Shown: positions 60,919-64,000 of the stretch, piece after piece | How positions within the stretch are numbered: the stretch's first letter is position 1 | Layout: each line of letters opens with the position of its first letter | Origin: Klebsormidium nitens | Taxonomy: Eukaryota; Plantae; Klebsormidiophyceae | DNA length: 64,000 nt | Assembly: GCA_000708835.1 (NCBI GenBank) | Contig: DF237393.1 | Coordinates: 13,324 to 77,323 of the forward strand | Reading direction: 5' to 3' | The notes under the pieces: model-generated | The model's database searches: none | The model's input: the letters and a program-made list of their open reading frames with translations, nothing else | Told to the model about the DNA's origin: nothing | Made by a program: the position numbers and the translations under genes

Positions 60919-63541
60919 ATGGCTGCCAATATTCCAGAGACAATGAGAGCCTGGCAGTATAATAAGTACGGTGGTGGCGCCACCAGCTTGGAGCAGGTCG
61001 AGATACCCGTGCCGAAAGCTGGAAAGAACCAGATTCTTCTGAAGGTGAGCAATTGCTGTAAGCAGGAAATGATAGGCAATCATTGAATTGCGCTTCCTGA
61101 GCTTGGGAGGTCAGCTCAGGAGCTTCTACAACCTGATGTCTCTGTGCGCCTCTTCTGGTTATAACGCCCTCTGATGAATAATTCAAATTTTAGCGACTAA
61201 GGTGCCCACAGAAGGAGGCACTGGTGGTCAGCTGAAGCAGCATGTGGATTTGTCGTTTGCTGCTTCAAGCTTGTCATGATCATGCATTGAGCTGCAGGCC
61301 TAATTAGTGCGAAACTTAAATTGAAGCTCTGCATCTGGGGATCCAATTGCGAAGACATTCGTCCCACCAAAGATAGAACTTCAAACGAAATGCGATTCCA
61401 AATTGTTGGCTCAGCTGGAATGTTCACAGAAGTGTCCACTCGCAACATGAACAAAGGTCGACCTTGAATTTTCAATGCAGATCCATGCATCTTCAGTAAA
61501 CCCGGTGGACTGGAAGCTTCAGACTGGGTTTGCCAAGTTGGTTATCCGGCTCACCCTCCCCATTACCCCAGGTCGGTCTTTTCACGAGCCAGGCTCTCTG
61601 AGCGAGTCAACGCTACTGAAGTCTTCACCCTCGGGCCTTTCTCAAATCCGACAAGAGTTTAACAACAGGAGCTGACCAGGCCTGCTGACAATACGATCCC
61701 GACCTTTCTGTGTTTCCATTGTGTTTCTTTCATCTGACGTCTGGACACATAAGATGGCACATGGCAGAGCTCGTAAATTCTCACGCCTGTCTGCAGGCCT
61801 CGACATGGCTGGGACGGTCGCCGCTGTTGGCTCTGGCGTAACACACCTTAGCGTCGGCGACAGAGTGGCGGTACAAACTAACATGACGGTAAGGTTCTTC
61901 TTATAAATGGCTGTTGGCCACTTCACCAGTATTGATCGTGCACGGCAAAGTCGACAAGATCCAAAAAGTCTTCGAATTGTCAACAAAGTGTCATCCAGGC
62001 CCCTCCTGCAGTGCCGATAATTTTATGATGCTCAGCTAAAGCAGGAGGAACTATTTCAGCAGAATACCTTAACCTATCTTCACGTATCTTAAACTAACTT
62101 AAAGACGTCATCTCTGCGAGAATGAGCTGCCCTATCCACTTTCGCAACCAAGCCCCGCCCTAACTCGGTCTACTCATATGCGCATGGAGCTTGACTCAGA
62201 GTCCTTGCTCGCCTTACATGCCGCTTGCAAACGACCTCGAATCTGTTTCCTTCCTACCATACGTGACATGCATTTCAGATATCTTTTCCAAGTGGCAAGA
62301 GCCACAGCTCTTTCACTTTTTTCTCACAGAAGCAAGGTGCTCTGGCAGAGTACGCTGCCGTTGACACCAAGGCCGCAATCGCCAAGCTGCCCCCAGAGGT
62401 GTCATTCGAACAAGCGGCGGGCCTACCGGTCGCGGCAAGGACGGTGCTGCAGGGGCTGACCAAGGCGGGGGCGTTCCCTAAATCGAACGGGCGGGTCCTA
62501 GTCCTGGGAGGGTCCGGAGGGGTGGGACACTATGCCGTGCAGGTGAGGAGAGAAATTTTGGAAGAAAGCCTTTTAAAAACAAGCTTAGTCTCCATGGTTT
62601 TCATTGCTATTGTATGACATTAATTCCCATTTGAACGATCCCAGACGAGCAGGGTGCCCCATCTAGGTTTTAGTACGGTACAGCAGGCACTTCAAAGGCC
62701 TCATGCAGTGGGACGGGATTCTGCTTTGACCGATGAGCAGACGCAGCTGAAACCGATTTTGGACATACCCGAAGAAGCTGGGTTGAATCCTGAGAACGAG
62801 CTTTTCAAAGATTGCTCTACCGCTCTGCCATGAAAACGTGGCGCTCTTGAACTCTTCCACAGCGGCCACAACCTGGAAGCAAAGCGCATATCAAAGGATG
62901 AACGTGGCCCGGTGCAATCTAGCTCGAAGCAATCAGCTTTCTTCACATGCAACCCTGCCGTTCACAACCAGCCTTACTGAACGGCATGGGTAGGTCGTTT
63001 GTGTAAGCGGTAAGGACCTCGGATTGGAGTTGGTGAACCGCCTCCTTTCTTCTGGTTCCAGGTTGCCAAGGCTGCCGGTGCCCACGTGACCGCGACCGCG
63101 GGCGCGCGCAACTTCGACTTGCTCAAGAGCCTGGGCGCCGACGAGGTGCTGGACTAGAAGAACGTCGCCGATCCCTCCAACCCCTTCCAAAGCGCGTCTA
63201 AGGAGCCGTATGACGCCATCCTGCACTGCACGTACAACGAGGAGCCGTGGGCCGCCTGCCGGAAGGTGCTCACAAAGAACGGCAAAATGATCAGCTTCAG
63301 CCCGGGGGGTGGTTACATCATGAGGGCGGTGCTGCAGGCTGTCACCTTTCCTAGGCAGCGCTTGATTCCTATGACCTGCGTTGAAAACTCCAAGGACTTG
63401 CAGACACTGGTGGGCCTTGCTGCCGAGAAGAAGCTCCGAACGGTTGTCGATAGCACGTACTCGTTTGGTGATGCCAGAAAGGCCTGGGAGAAAAGCATAG
63501 AGGGACACGCGGTGGGCAAGCTGATTGTGACTACGCAGTAA
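60919..63541 (+). pseudogene. ceQORH-like NADPH:quinone oxidoreductase (MDR superfamily), 5 exons, in-frame TAG at 63155-63157
   Basis: Exons 60919-61044, 61481-61571, 61797-61888, 62330-62542, 63062-63541 (333 codons). Motifs MRAWQYNKYGG, ASSVNPVDWK, PGLDMAGTV, GALAEYA, VLVLGGSGGVGHYAVQ, LGADEVLD*K and GHAVGKLIV. Codon 206 is TAG where this family typically has Tyr (DEVxDY). Confidence 0.85.
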
Positions 63542-64000
63542 GGTGCATGTTGCAATCACTGCACCAATACGGTCAGTGTGTAGCATCGAGCAAGGTTCTA
63601 TCCAGTGCGCGCGCAAGCTTGCAGCATCAAATTCAATGCCACATTGACATCACTATTGTGTAGATCGTTGCGTGTGACTTTCACAGATCGTTGTACATAT
63701 TGCTGCATAGAGGTTAGCTGTAGAAATATACTGAGTCCGAACTCGAACATTCTCGATCATATGATTGTTGTTGACAAAATTGTGATACCCGAAGCTTGAA
63801 TCTGTAAAGGCTTCATGCAGATTGTGGTCTCAACTTTGACCTTCGATCCGTCGTTCGTATCACGTGGCTTGTGGCCACGGCCCACGACCGCACCCTCTAA
63901 TAATTGCGCCCGGTCGCCCGTTTGGTAACGTCGCGCACGCGGATCATGACCATGCAGGGATGAACGATGATGGTAACTTATCATTTATTAACGCCCTTAG

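Noticed and set aside
63155-63157. Alternative genetic code (TAG as sense)
   Set aside because: TAG terminates other genes in the window, and no other in-frame TAG or TAA occurs in the exons traced.
62933-63616. 227-aa minus-strand ORF
   Set aside because: Antisense to the last exon of the quinone oxidoreductase; no recognisable product.
1-64000. tRNA, rRNA, snoRNA, CRISPR or telomeric arrays
   Set aside because: No cloverleaf with A/B boxes, rRNA-like segment, paired C/D boxes or regularly spaced repeat-spacer array was found by eye; small ncRNAs cannot be excluded without a covariance-model search.

Overview
Intron-rich eukaryotic nuclear DNA (GT-AG introns of roughly 100-900 nt, GC-rich exons). 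Gene content and style suggest a streptophyte green alga such as Klebsormidium; this is inference, not established. The ORF track shows only exon fragments and antisense shadows, so genes were rebuilt by splice-phase reading. Nine spliced genes are supported: (1) the 5' part of a DA2/GW2-type RING E3 ligase (minus, runs off the window start); (2-4) three head-to-tail 7-exon paralogs encoding about 690-710 aa proteins with a transit-peptide-like N-terminus, an unrecognised ~150 aa domain and a prolyl-hydroxylase-like 2OG-Fe(II) dioxygenase domain, of which copy 2 carries a 1-nt frameshift; (5) an ~2800 aa CCDC162-like coiled-coil gene (minus, 18 exons); (6) a fourth, diverged 2OG-Fe(II) family member (minus) that has lost the distal iron-binding His; (7) NAA15 (minus, 24 exons), head-to-head with (8) an organellar methionyl-tRNA synthetase (plus, 12 exons); (9) a ceQORH-like NADPH:quinone oxidoreductase with an in-frame TAG. 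The most interesting element is the four-member 2OG-Fe(II) oxygenase cluster. Other observations: two single-base lesions in otherwise conserved genes, three required GC-AG introns, an 84-nt duplication of a splice acceptor and a candidate TTAA-flanked MITE. No rRNA, tRNA or CRISPR array was seen.
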